From the NCBI GenBank assembly GCA_052327205.1, contig CM126207.1, positions 51,088,001 to 51,152,000 of the forward strand: a DNA stretch of 64,000 nt, in the 5' to 3' direction. The DNA is from Somniosus microcephalus. Taxonomy: Eukaryota. A program made the position numbers and the translations under genes. Shown here in pieces: positions 1 through 12,274 of this stretch; within the stretch, counting starts at the first letter, position 1; each line of letters opens with the position of its first letter. Under the pieces are notes generated by a model. It ran no database searches. It was given only the letters and a program-made list of their open reading frames with translations, and was not told where the DNA came from.

Positions 1-1403
1 CCCGCCCCCTCTGCATATCCACATGTTGCTATCCACCTCCATGTGCCCCAGATCCACTGAAAAATTGGGGGTGGAGCAGGAGGCAGAAAGCCTAGCCATT
101 TCTGTCCTGTTGAACTATTGTTGTAAAGAACAAATGGTTATAAATACTGGCCAAAATTAGGGGGCGGTGGAGATGGCGATGGATGTAATGTCTTTCACAT
201 ACGTAACAAAATCACTTCAAATGTAATTAATTGGACGTGAAGCGCTTTGGGACGTCCTGAGGACATAATAAAATATTATATATAGTCTACACCTTTTAAT
301 TCAAATTGCTTGATTCAAATTATCTGATAATTCCGATGTTTGCACTAAATTCCCACATTGCTACTTGCATTGCTTGTTTCAAATTAGTGAATGACTCCAT
401 TTTGTAGTGCAAATTTTTTTTTAATTATCAGGAGTAGACTTTTTTGTTTTTGGGATGTGGGTAACACTGGTACAGCAATATTTATTACCCATTCCTAGTT
501 GGCCTAAGGGCATTAAGAATCAAGCACATATTATGGAATAAGAATCACACGCTAGCCCACAAATTACCAACACACACAATCTTTGGGTTAGTAGTCCAGT
601 ACCATAACCAGTAGGCTATCATATCCCGGAATTTAAATGCAAGTTTGTTCTTTTTTGACTTGATTTGCATACTATATATGTTGAAATCGGTATTTATTTT
701 TCTAAATACCTGTGGCACCCACAATGACCCAACTGATAGTTCATGCCAGTAAAAATATTACATATTGCACATGATAATATGAACACTTTCCACATGCAAC
801 ACCAGTTACATCATATTGTAAGAATAATCTCCAAAGTGCAGATACTTTATGTAAACCACTTAACTTTAATCTGTAGAATATTGTGCATTACTTTGTTCAT
901 TTCAGTTGTGAATTTCTTTGACGTTCCCGCACGAACTTGACATTCATGTACAAACTTAATGTTCCCAAATCCTACATGTAGTCAGTTTTATTTAAAAAAA
1001 CAAGAACCAAGAATAGAATTCTGTAATTAGTCCTTCATGTTCACTCTGATTCTGCAGGTTGCTGGTTTAAGCATAAATGCTCCTCATTCCTCGATTACCT
1101 TTCCTGTGTTCATTTATATAGTATTCGGCACACTAAACGTAATTAATTCACTGTCAAAAGTTATTTAAAGACAACAGACCATTTTTTAAGAGGAGTGTTG
1201 CTATTTTTGGAATAAAATAATGTCTCTGTTTAAATTGATTTGAATAATTAACTGAGCTTTGGGGGAATTTAAAGCAATCCTGATCCAGGCATAACCTTCT
1301 TTGGCAAACTGGTTATGCACTTATCAGATTTGAGCTGTGTATGATTCTTGCTTTAATTAACTCTAAAGGTTCTTTCTAGAATTACATATTTTCTGTTGTT
1401 TAG

Positions 1404-1492
1404 CAAATAAGGGAAGCCTACCCGAATTAACATTAGCTCAGAAGAACAAGCTGAAACATCTCACCATAGTAAGCTTGGCTGCAAGAATGAAG
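1404..1492 (+). CDS. COPS7B: COP9 signalosome subunit 7B, internal coding exon ([30 protein letters not shown])
   Basis: AG at 1402-1403, GT at 1493. Translation matches CSN7 PCI-domain sequence and splices in frame to the exon at 3451. Confidence 0.95.
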
Positions 1493-2186
1493 GTACTTAA
1501 GATTTTGTTTGTGCATACATGCTAGGTGTCCTGGATGCATTGCCATGTAGTGACTTTTTTTTGTGTTCTGTTTCAGTTTTGTAGCCAACACATTTTTCTA
1601 AGAGCCTAATTGAACTTGTGAACATTGTTTATTTTACATAGGCCTTAATTTTTCTTTATTTAACTTGGGCAGCAATTATACTCTACAATTGGTACTATTA
1701 CTACAGTGGAAAGTGAATACAAACACAGAAATCCATAGCTAATTTTTATACAGTGCAGTAATATTTGAAATTATTAATATCATTATGGCTGCTTGGGAGA
1801 TCTTAGACCTATTGAGAGATGCCTGGGAGGTGCCTTAAAACCAGAAACCAAAACACATGGCCCTTTTATAACCAAGTGTGCTGTATTTAACTGACAACAG
1901 CTGCTCTCTCATGCTTAGAAGATTATACATTTTTTTCTCTCTCTCCCCACCCTCCCACCTTCCCAAGAACGTGTAGGAGCAGGACATGTTCTCGGACCTT
2001 TACAATATTGCCGTTGAGCTAGCTTCCAGCCAGGTGGTCAATCAGAAAGGCCTTGGGTGGCTAGTCCTCTAGTTTTTTTTTCCTTTTCTTGTGGGAGATC
2101 TCTTACACTGGTACAGTTGAAATGTTTCATCTCTCATTTTTGTTTAATTATTATATACTGTTTGTTTCTTAAAATGGAGAATATTC

Positions 2187-2290
2187 CAGGGGACTAGGTG
2201 ATGCTGCAGGTGTACACTAGCCTTTCACCTCTGGTATCTCGGTTTGAATGCAGCTGAAACTGATGGATGACAATCTCCTCTGACTCCTGT
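2187..2290 (+). mobile_element. Degenerate tRNA-derived SINE head (ancient)
   Basis: cactagcctttcacctctgg...ggtttgaatgc resembles a SINE tRNA-like head with B-box; highly diverged. Confidence 0.4.
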
Positions 2291-3450
2291 CTGTCTGGAC
2301 TCTACATGAAATGGGGTTGGCCAGTTTTAACCCAATTCCTAATGGTTCTGGGCTGACAGCACAAAACTGCCCCGAATTGGCAATTAGTTCAGAACCCACA
2401 GGATGGTTGATGGGAAAAGTGTAAAACTGTTGCTCTGTTACTTTTCTAAAGTCGGGACTTAGGCACATTGTTGGGAAAGAATAGAGGGTGCTTTAGTTAG
2501 AGGATTAACATCTAACCGTACTGTGCTTGACCGAGGAGTACTTGATACTAAAGCTGGCTGCCTAAAATGCATTCTGCTCGCCCCCCCCCCCCCCCCCAGC
2601 ACTAACGACCTTCACAAATTTTATCTTAAAAATGGAGAATTTGTATTACCATTGAGTGTGTTACAGCACCAACATTAGAGGATTTTGGTAAAATGTTATA
2701 AAATCCTAAGTAAAGTTCAAATGATCTAAATAGACATCTAAAACTCCTGCCATTGTTGTCAAAGTTCATTTTTCCTTCTTAAACTTCTGAATTTCTCATT
2801 TGTGTTCTGCTTTTGCGGTTCATACATCTGCCAGTTTTGTACAATCACTGTTGTTGCCTCATAGTCTCATTGTTTTTTATGATTGATGCTAAATAAGGAT
2901 TGTAGAAAATGTCAACAAACGAGAAGAATAGGTTTTACTAGATAAATCACCTGTTTGAGAACCTATACTCAAATGTTCTCTTTTAAACTAGTGGTCAGAG
3001 AGGAGTTTTCCCTACGTTCATAGTTTAATTGTTTGACTACCTTATAGAGCTGATTACCTGACAATACTACTACTCTACATCAAGAGAATGCCCTTGTACT
3101 AATATTTGTAAAGAGATAGTTAATTTATGATGCTGAGTTTTGTATTTGTATGAGAACAATAATAATTTCATATTCGCTAGATATGTTGTGATAGTTAATA
3201 GTAATGAAAAGGTGAAACCAAGATATTTTTCCTATTTGCAATTTTGATAAGATGTTGTAGGAATATTACATTGAAAGTAAGGAATTACTTCTCAGCACTT
3301 CATTGTATTTTTATATTGGGTTCAATGTTGAAAAAATAACAATGATTTTTGATTTTGTCCATCTTCTAGGGATATTTATAAATCAGGAATAAAAAATATT
3401 TTTATGGTAATTGCAGTGAAGTTGTTAACCAGTCTTTTATAATTTTGCAG

Positions 3451-3653
3451 TGTATTCCGTATTCCATGCTTCTGAAAGACCTCGATATAAAAAACCTCAG
3501 AGAATTGGAGGATTTAATTATTGAAGCAATTTATACTGATATAATACAAGGCAAACTTGATCAGCGAAATCAGCTTCTTGAGGTTGACTTTTGCATCGGC
3601 AGAGATCTCCAAAAGCAAGACATCAGCAACATTGTTAAAACTCTCCAGCAATG
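3451..3653 (+). CDS. COPS7B: COPS7B coding exon ([52 protein letters not shown]...)
   Basis: ttttgcag acceptor, tg|gtaatt donor. Near-identical to vertebrate CSN7b PCI domain. Confidence 0.97.
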
Positions 3654-4563
3654 GTAATTGTGTGTTTTTTTTTGTGAAATTAGCAATTTTCTCTACAGTA
3701 ATAATTATATAACAGAAACATTCTGTGGAACAATCACAAAAATCCTTAGAATCTGTCAGTATCTTAATGAAACAAATGAATGGAAAACTTACCTGCATTC
3801 GTGATGTTTATTTCACATGTATACTGATACCAAGATGAGTACAGGAAGTTTTGGCCATACAATATTATGGTCCTCAAAAATGCAGCAAAATGAAATAAGT
3901 GCCGGATTTTCCCTAAATCAAATCATTTTGGATAAATATATCCCCTCCCAGTGCACAGTTCTTTCATGTTTTTCCTGAAATTTTTATAGTGAAAAAGTAA
4001 TGTCAACTGAGAGGGCAATATATTGATATGTTTTTTCTAGTTAAAACTCAGCTCTTCTGAAATAGAAGTACACGTTCAGCACTTGTGTTACCTTGTATCA
4101 TTTTCAAATGCCATTACACTCTAAACAGAAAGGAGGTAACCCATGCACTCTTAAAATAAGAAGCTGGCAGATACTGGGAATAAATCTTACTATCTGAAAA
4201 TTGGGATGCTACAAAGATGTAAGCAAATGGGCCTTTTTGAAATATATTTTTGTTATACACACTGTAGCAGTTGCTTAAAACACACCCGTGTCAAAGATCT
4301 ATGGCAATTACAGTAGAGAGGATTGTTGTCATTTTATTTAATGTATTTTATTTTAATTTTGTGGCTTTTTTTTTTTAAGTGAAAGTTATGACTTTTCTGA
4401 AATACAGCTTGAGGTACTGTAATTGCATTGTACGTTCTAGATTAGCTCGAATTTGTGGAAATGTATTCATCAGTTATCTTAAGTTGCTATTTTTTGGAAT
4501 GCATTTGTCTGACGGCTGCATGAAAAAGATCATACCGCCAACAATTGTCCTGTTTCTTAACAG

Positions 4564-4669
4564 GTGCGATTGTTGTCAAGCAGTTCTGCTGGGGATTGAG
4601 CAGCAAGTCCTCCGCGTAAATCAGTATAAAGAAGGTCACGCAAAAACTCAGCAGCAGGTAGAAACTGAG
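4564..4669 (+). CDS. COPS7B: COPS7B coding exon ([35 protein letters not shown])
   Basis: ttaacag acceptor, gag|gtaagt donor. Phase is consistent with the upstream exon (split TGG codon). Confidence 0.96.
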
Positions 4670-5011
4670 GTAAGTTATGAAGATAAACAAGAAATGACTA
4701 TTAGACCCATCAATCCTGCTTTTTCCACAGAACATGTACAGTTTACTTCAATATGGACAGTACCCAACCTAGTTAATCTCTTGACGGGGATTTGTCATTT
4801 ATTCCATAAGCTGGAACCTTACAAAAAAAATTAAATGTGCACCTGTATCAAATGCCTTTTCAAAATCAAGTAATTTTTAGAATATTTCTATAGCTTGATC
4901 CCTTTTGCTGCTATCTTATGATTATTTTTCCAGATTTGAACTTTGCATGTTCTTATAACTTTTGAAGCAGTGAGTTCTCTTGGCTAAAACTCTTCCCTTA
5001 ACTACCATCAA

Positions 5012-5920
5012 AACCAGATTAACTAGTCATTCATTCATTTTGCTATTTGTGGGATCTTGCTGTGTACATAAGTCCTACATTACAACGGTGGGTGCACTTC
5101 AAAAGTACTGCAGATCTCTGATGACCTGGCCTGGAACCATAATACTGAGGCTATGCTGAAGAAGGCACACCAGCACCTCTACCCTCTACGGTGCCCGAGG
5201 AAATGCGGCATAAGCACACAGTGGCTTGTGAACTTTTACTGCGGCACCATAGAGAGTGTCCTGACGAGTGGTGTCAATGTGTGGTATGGTAACACCACTG
5301 CACAGAACAAGAAAGCCATCCAGAGAGTTGTGAATATGGCAGAAAAGATCATCGGGTGTGCACTTCCGTCCATCGAGGAGATCTTCCAGACCAGGTGCCG
5401 GAACAAGGCCCGCTCCATCATCCAGGACCCCAATCACCCTGGGCACAAACTGTTCTTCCTCCTGCGGTCCGGACGTCGGTACCGCAGCATCCGAACCAGA
5501 ACCAGCAGGTTTAAGAACAGTTTCTATCCACAGGCAGTGCGCCTACTGAACTGCTAATCGCACTGCCCCATATATTATAGTTATATGTTTATGTAAATAT
5601 ATATATTATACTTATATTACCATGTATTTATCATATTACATTACTATTATTTCCAGTGGTAATTGAGGCTTTTTTGCACTATTCATCATATCCTGCAACT
5701 TGGACTGTTATTGCTATACTTTCTGCTTATTTGCTTATTGTTTTTATTTATACTTGTTTTTATTTTTTGCTTTTATATTTATATGCTTGTATTGTGGGAG
5801 TGAGTGGGGAGTAAGCATTCCATTGTACTAGTTACATATGGCAATAAAATGATCTTGAATCTTGAAGCTTTGGGATGTCCTGAGGTCGTGAAAGGTGCCA
5901 TATAAATGCAAGTCTTTTTT
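5012..5920 (+). mobile_element. DeuSINE-type SINE 3' part (about 5012-5110 and 5866-5920), split by a Rex1/Babar insertion
   Basis: gtgggatcttgctgtg...cacttcaaaagtact resumes as gctttgggatgtcctgaggtcgtgaaaggtgccatataaatgcaagtc, collinear with the uninterrupted copy at 14712-14885. Confidence 0.75.
5113..5865 (+). mobile_element. Rex1/Babar-type LINE, 5'-truncated 3' end
   Basis: ORF 5153-5557 (FYCGTIESVLT..WYGN..LQ/IQRVV..HPGHKLF..RYRSIRTRTSRFKNSFYPQAVRLLN) is the typical Rex1/Babar C-terminus; tail aataaa..tcttgaatcttgaa. Confidence 0.85.
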
Positions 5921-6271
5921 TTAATAAGTGACTGCATTTCAAAAGTAATCCATTGGGTGTGATACTTTGGGACATCCTGAGTATGTGATAGAGCACTATA
6001 TCCATTTCTTTCCTCCCTTCTGTGAATTTGATTGAAACAGTTTCTGCATTTTAGATAAAATGTTTCAATAATTCTTTCTTTGTAAATTCTCATCTTTGGA
6101 CTAGCCATCCCTATTGCCAAGAAGGTGGGGGAGGATTGACTTGCTTAGAGAAGGCCATGAATGCCTCCTGTGGCTGGGTGGTAGGAGGTGCTAGAAACTG
6201 CTAGGTATATTTTTTCTCTTTTTGTTTTGTGCTACCTCAATCATCATTCGCAGCTAAAATGGGACCTGAGT

Positions 6272-6381
6272 TTTTTTAATTCGTATATGGGGTGTGGGTG
6301 TCGCTGGCAAAGCCAGCATTTATTGCCCATCCCTAATTGCCCTTGAGAAGGTGGTGGTGAGCTGCCTTCTTGAACCGCTGC
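6272..6381 (-). mobile_element. LINE 3'-end fragment (CR1/L2 group); related copies near 450-510, 21357-21540 (+) and 22731-22930 (-)
   Basis: Shared motif ggcaa(a/g)gcc(a/g)gcatttattgcccatcccta(a/g)ttgcccttgagaaggtggtg recurs in the window. Confidence 0.7.
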
Positions 6382-7045
6382 CATCTATACTCATTCCTAT
6401 TCTGAATGTTGATGAAGCTCCATTGTTCCGTACCACTGAGTTGCCCAAATTTAATTATTTTTTTCTGGAGGTATAGATTTTGATGTCCCTAACTTTATTA
6501 CACAAAAGAACAACAGTTGTTGCTTTGGCAAAAGATAACCTGATGTACAGGTTGAGTGGAACTCAAAAGGTTTACAAGTCTGATTGTATCCAACAAAAGT
6601 CCAAAATATCCATTGACATCGCTGGTGCAAAACAGAACCTGGGGAAAACTTGTATGTAATCGCCTTTTGTTTCTAACGTAGACACTTCATGGTAACAATA
6701 TCATCATAGTTTATTACTGTTGGACATTATAGGCTTAACTTAATATAGTAGGACAACAGGGGAGGGATAGCTGGGGCATGAGCATGACATTAGCTGAAAT
6801 ATGGGGCAAGCACACCTGATGGGCTTAAATAGATAAACATGCATAAATGTAATTATATAGCTGACAATACACAGCTTATTGGCTTTAATAAGTAATATTA
6901 GGAGAGAGGTGCACAGGGATAAAGTGCTCAATTAGCTTTTTTTAAAAAAAACTGAAGTGACTTAAATGCTTTCCTGTGCATCATGCTTCAATGCTCTGCT
7001 ACAAGAATAACATGAATTTTGATGGTTGTTATTTTTATTTTTAAG

Positions 7046-7204
7046 GTGGCGAACATAAAGAAGACATTGAAGGCAACAGCTTCTACCTCAGCACAAGATC
7101 CTGATCAGCATCCCATGGATCGTGACACTCCACAGCTTGTTGAACAACGTCCATCTACAAAGAAATTGTCAAAAGCTAAAAGTTTATCATCTAGCCGTCA
7201 TTAG
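7046..7204 (+). CDS. COPS7B: COPS7B last coding exon ([17 protein letters not shown]...[10 protein letters not shown])
   Basis: ttttaag acceptor, TAG at 7202-7204. The C-terminal SSRH is CSN7b-type; AT-rich 3' UTR follows. Confidence 0.95.
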   Translation: MANIKKTLKATASTSAQDPDQHPMDRDTPQLVEQRPSTKKLSKAKSLSSSRH

Positions 7205-8964
7205 AACAGTACGTGGACAGGAATACTCCAATGCTTATAGGGAAACTGAGAAGAAATGAAAATATAGTGAACTGTGCAACAGTTCACATAAATGACACAT
7301 TGAAAAAGATGTAAACAACTTTTCCTGTGCATTTGAAAAAAAATTTTGTAATACGCAGGTTTTATAGTAGAAAACTGAATGACTACTGAATCATCCTTTC
7401 CTATTAAAAGGCACTGGTTACAAACTGACTTCTGAAGTGATATGCACGAAAAAATGCTTTATGTTCACATTTGTTCACTGTTCCCTGCAGTGACTGAAAA
7501 GCCGAAATAGTAAGCCTGTAGGCACACACCGTACCACAAAAGTTAGTCTGCAATGAAGTTACTTTAAAAGCAATCTCTACAGTTAGTAGATTGTAAAGAA
7601 ATTTAAATAGAAAACTAATGACTTGTATTTTATTGAGGTACTTAACTGATTCAAATACTTTGCTCCATAAATCTTGTGTACAATAATCTCAAATTGATGC
7701 ACTTAAAAAGAGCCAACAGACTTGAAATGTGATTGCTCAAAAGCACATTGGAAAGAGATGAAAACAGTATTGGGGTTCTTTGATGCAATTAGTGGTGTCT
7801 TTAGCATTAGAGCTAAAATTTCAAGACTTTAGTTTGAGAATTGCCTTTCAAAGCACAATTGGTAACCACAAAAAATGGAGACATGTCATTAGATGCAAAT
7901 TGCATTTAAGAATACCAATATATGTGGTAGTTGCGTAACTTTATGGATGGGTAATCTGTGTAAGTTATAACCCAAAAATGTGATTATATTTATCCAATGA
8001 AAAGCTAAATCTAATTTATAAATCTGGTGAGAAGTTTAATACTGTATTTTAAAGTGCCAGCAATTCGAGTCTCAAACCATTCTATCTATATTAACCTTTT
8101 GAATCGAGAAACAGTTGGCCATGAGATTTTCCTGGTGGGAAGCAACCTGGAGCCTGGCATTGTATTTGACACAGTGGGGGTAATTTTAACTTAACCTGCT
8201 AGCAGTAAACTGACTGGATTGGATCAACCACCCATTTTACTTTCTGATTTTATTTTCCATTTCCAGGTTAAACTAATTCCCTATTTTTTTTTTAGGGCAT
8301 TTCTCCCATCAGACATGGCTAGACTCATTTTCTCAAATGGACAGAACTTCAGATTAGTGAGTGGATGGAAGGTATCAATTAAATTAAAAACTAAATCCGG
8401 CTTCCTGGTCCATTCTCTGCAAACTGTTGACCAATGAAGGATTTTTAATTTACATACATTAAAAAGGAATGCCTATACATAGAATTTAAATGTGGACATA
8501 ATGGGATGGGTATTCTATTATCCTTAAGGTAAAACTTAAGGATAAACTTAAGGATAATAGAATAAGTAAAGAGGGTGGAGGTGTAGTGTTCTCAGTCGCG
8601 GAAGATTTGGCATCAACAGAACGAGACACACATCCTCAGGAAAAGTTGTCAAAATTAATTTAAGCCTGTCACAGCACTAGTGTGAGGTTAGTAATTGAGG
8701 GCATACTACAAAACTCAAAGGAGAAGTGTCAAAAGCAATATGGAACTGAGAAGATGAGGGAGGGAGTGAAGGAAAAAATGCATTACTTTAATTGTCCTGA
8801 ATTCTTGCAAAAGTAAATTGGAATGGTGCAGATTAAGTGAGGCCATCAAAAAGGAGATGATTAGTTAATGAGAAAAGTGGAAAAAAATTATAATACCAAC
8901 AAAAATAATCTGATTCTTCAGATGTGTTCAGGTGAGTACCATAAGGATAAGATGAGAATTATGG

Positions 8965-9267
8965 TCCATAGCCTTCCGAGGTAGAGAATTCCAAAGATTC
9001 ACAATCCTCTGAGTGAAGAAATTTCTCCTCATCTCAGTCCTGAGTGGCCAACCCCTTATCCTGAGACTCTGACCCCTAGTTCTAGACTCTCCAGCCAGGG
9101 GAAACAGCCTCTCAGCATAGCATCTACCCTGTCAAGTGCTCTAAGAATTTTGTATGTTGCAATGAGATCACCTCTCGTTCTTCTTAAGTCCAGAGAATAT
9201 AGGCCCATTCTACTCAATCTGTCCTCATAGGACAACCCTCTCATCCCAGAAATCAATCTAGCGAACC
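8965..9267 (-). mobile_element. CR1 LINE fragment (ORF2 C-terminus)
   Basis: MRGLSYEDRLSRMGLYSLDLRRTRGDLIATYKIL is the CR1 ORF2 C-terminal motif. Confidence 0.88.
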
Positions 9268-10829
9268 GAGGTTGTAGGAATATTCCTCCGGCACTTTGTC
9301 AGGGAATACATTACAGAACAAAATAAAAAAAGAGATTGGCAATCCAATTATTTAGGAAGTGTAGGTAATTGTTTGGAAACAAGGTAATACTCAAAAGACT
9401 GCAGCAGATAAAATGATTAGAATCTTGATGAAATGAGAGTGAAGTGACTGAGAATTACAGGGCAAATTAGCTTAATATTACTTGTGGTGGAAATGAAGGT
9501 ATCTGTAAAAAGGAAGATTGGCCTTAAATTGTGTTTGAGGATATAATCGTTTTTATTGATGTAGGAAATTCAGTAGATTTATCTCATGTGATTTGTTTTT
9601 TTTCAGAAAAAAAACAATTCCTTTATATGGTGAATTGGGTATAACTTCAGAATGGGCTAGTATGTGTAAAATAGATTCCATATATTACTGCACTGTGAAA
9701 ATATATGCATTTTCATGCATGAAGTTGGAAACCAACATAAACACAACAGCAATCATTTTCATTATGGTTTTTATAATGGAAAGTTATACCTTTTCTCAAA
9801 TTTATAAGTCCTAACCAGCTCTAAAAGCAGCAAGCCGCATGTGATTATTTTCAGGAAAGTTTCCTGGTTCAAAAAAATCAGGTTTGGGGAAAAAAAATTG
9901 CATGCTTTTTTTAATAAGTGAAATGTTACTGAATGAGATTGGAACACATTAATTTTGCAACTGCCAGGGCATCGCTTCTCAGTGACTGCTGCAAGTTCGA
10001 TGACTTCCACGGACAGGGCTCTCATCCTCCCTTCAGAAATTTGTGTTTTTCCTCTCTAGATGACTGGGTTATGGAGCCATATATGTAGCTGTAAGTATTA
10101 CTTTCTGGTGTAATTCAATATTAGATGACTCTAATGTTATTAAAGGGTGGTGCAGAGCATTTTCAAACAACTATGGTCCCCAAAGAGTCATCAGTTAATT
10201 TGGTTCCTTGCTTTAAAACAGCTTACCATACTCAAAATAAAAGCTGTAACAAGAAGATTCCCCTTTTATAGCAAATGTATTTCATATAGACACATATGAT
10301 TTGGCTATAAATAGCAAACACATGAAATCTTCCCATTGTGAGTTGGGCCAGGAGTATTTTTAGCCACTTACAGCCTTCCTGTTTGGGATTACAAAGAGCC
10401 CTGTATATTGAGGGATTGGAAAATTTACATGGATAATTAAAAAGTAGTGATACATAGCTGTTGGATTACTGTAGTAATATTATTCCACACTGGCAGTAAA
10501 TACTGATTTGAATCATTCAGAATGGATTGGATCGATTCCTTAGTCAATAGGAAGTAGAAGGAATAAGGGTTTGGAATAGGAAAGTGTTTCTGAAAAAAAT
10601 AGCCAGATTGGATTCTGAAACCAGACCTGGAAGACAGAGCAAGTTGAATGCTTAATGATCTTCTCAGTTTCACGTGTTATGTATTTATTTTCTAAATGTA
10701 GGTTGTTTCCACAGAAGAAGTGGCTGCATTTAGGTGTCTGTGGAATAGATCTATATTCTAACCATTATGGTCATAACAGAAGGCATAACAATATTGAATT
10801 CCTTACTAAAATATTCCTTAGTAAACTAT

Positions 10830-10945
10830 TGCAGATGCTGGAAATCTGAGAGTGGGCCTTAAGACCTGAAACGTCAACTGACTGACCGGTTTCTCCTCAG
10901 ACGCTGCCTGACCTGCTGAGTATTTCTAGCTCTTTGGGGTTTTTT
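10830..10945 (+). mobile_element. Short Penelope-like pLTR remnant with degenerate hammerhead
   Basis: agacctgaaacgtcaact...gacgctgcctgacctgctgagtatttctagc is homologous to 15757-15825. Confidence 0.65.
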
Positions 10946-11239
10946 TTTAATTTCTTGCTACACGACAGTTTCAAATATGACAATGAAACAAATGTGATTA
11001 TCCAGCCACTAGAGGGAAGCAAACATCATGTTTTCAGTGTACCTCATCCTGGCCAAATTAATTTTGTTCTGATTGTGGCAAAACTGTAGCACCATTTTCA
11101 TTTTGAATTAACATAAAAACATGTCTTCTGTTGACTAAATCTAGTGATACAGATTTTTTTAAAGTTTATTTATATGTAATTAATAGGTTTCTATTCCTGT
11201 TCATAACAAACTTCTAGTTCAGGCAGAAAAGATATACTA

Positions 11240-12270
11240 TTACTGCAGAAGCTGGAAATCTGAAATAAAAACAGAAAATGCTAGAAATATTCATCAGGTC
11301 AGGTAGCATCTGTGGAGAGAGAAATAGAGTTAACGTTTCAGGTTTATTTCAGGTCAATGACCTTTCATCAGAACTGGAAAAAGTTAGAGTTGGAACGGGT
11401 TTTAAACAAGTACAGAGGCAGGGAAAGGCGGGAGGGGAGGAAAGAACAAAAGGGAAGGTCTCTGATAGGATGGAAGGCAGGAGAGATTAAATGACAAAAG
11501 GGGGTGGTAATAGGACACGTAAAGAAACAAAAGATGGGTCTAGAGGAGGTGTAAATGGGAATAGCAGAATCATTACCAACAGCTGCTGTCTGGAAAAATG
11601 GGAGCAGTAGTTATTACCTGAAATGCTGAACTCAATGTTGTGTACGGAAGGCTGTAAAGTGCCTAATCAAAAAATGAGGTGCTGTTCCTCGAGCTTGCGT
11701 TGAGCTTCATTGGAACAGTGTAGGAAGCCGAGGTCAGAGTGGGAGTGGGGCAGAGAATTAAAATGACAGGCGACCGGAAGCTCAGGGTCACGCTTGCGGA
11801 CTGAACGGAGGTGTTTCGCAAAGCGATCACCCAATCTGTGTTTGGCCTCCCCAATGTAGAGGAGACTGCATCATGAGCAGCAAATACAGTATACTAAATT
11901 GAAAGAAGTACAAGTAAATTGCTGTTTCACCTGGAAGGAGTGTTTGGGGCCCTGGACAGTGGGAAGGGAGGAAGTTTAAAGGACAGTTGTTGCATCTCCT
12001 GCGCTTGCATGGGGAGCTGCCGTGGGAAGGGGAGGGGGTGTTGGGGGTGATTGAACCAGGGTGTCACGGAGGGAACGATCCCTTTGGAATGCTGAAAGTG
12101 GAGGGGAGGAGAAGATGTGTTTGGTGGTGGCATCACGCTGGAAATGGCGGAAGATGATCCGTTGAATGTGGAGGCTGGTGGGATAGAAGGTGAGGACAAG
12201 GGGAACCCTATCGTGGTTCTGGGAATGAGGGGAAGGAGTGAGAGCAAAAGTGTGGGAAATGGGATGGAGG
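11240..12270 (-). mobile_element. Penelope-like retroelement, 3' portion (RT C-terminus, GIY-YIG endonuclease, pLTR)
   Basis: RVPLVLTFYPTSLHIQRIIFRHFQRDATTKHIF..AFQRDRSLRDTLV, then KQQFTCTSFNLVYC GIY-YIG region; reverse-complement homologue of 15090-15872. Confidence 0.88.
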
Positions 12271-12274
12271 GGCA

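Noticed and set aside
4379-4834. 151-aa ORF as a gene
   Set aside because: Only 4564-4669 is a COPS7B exon; the rest is intronic read-through bounded by clear splice sites.
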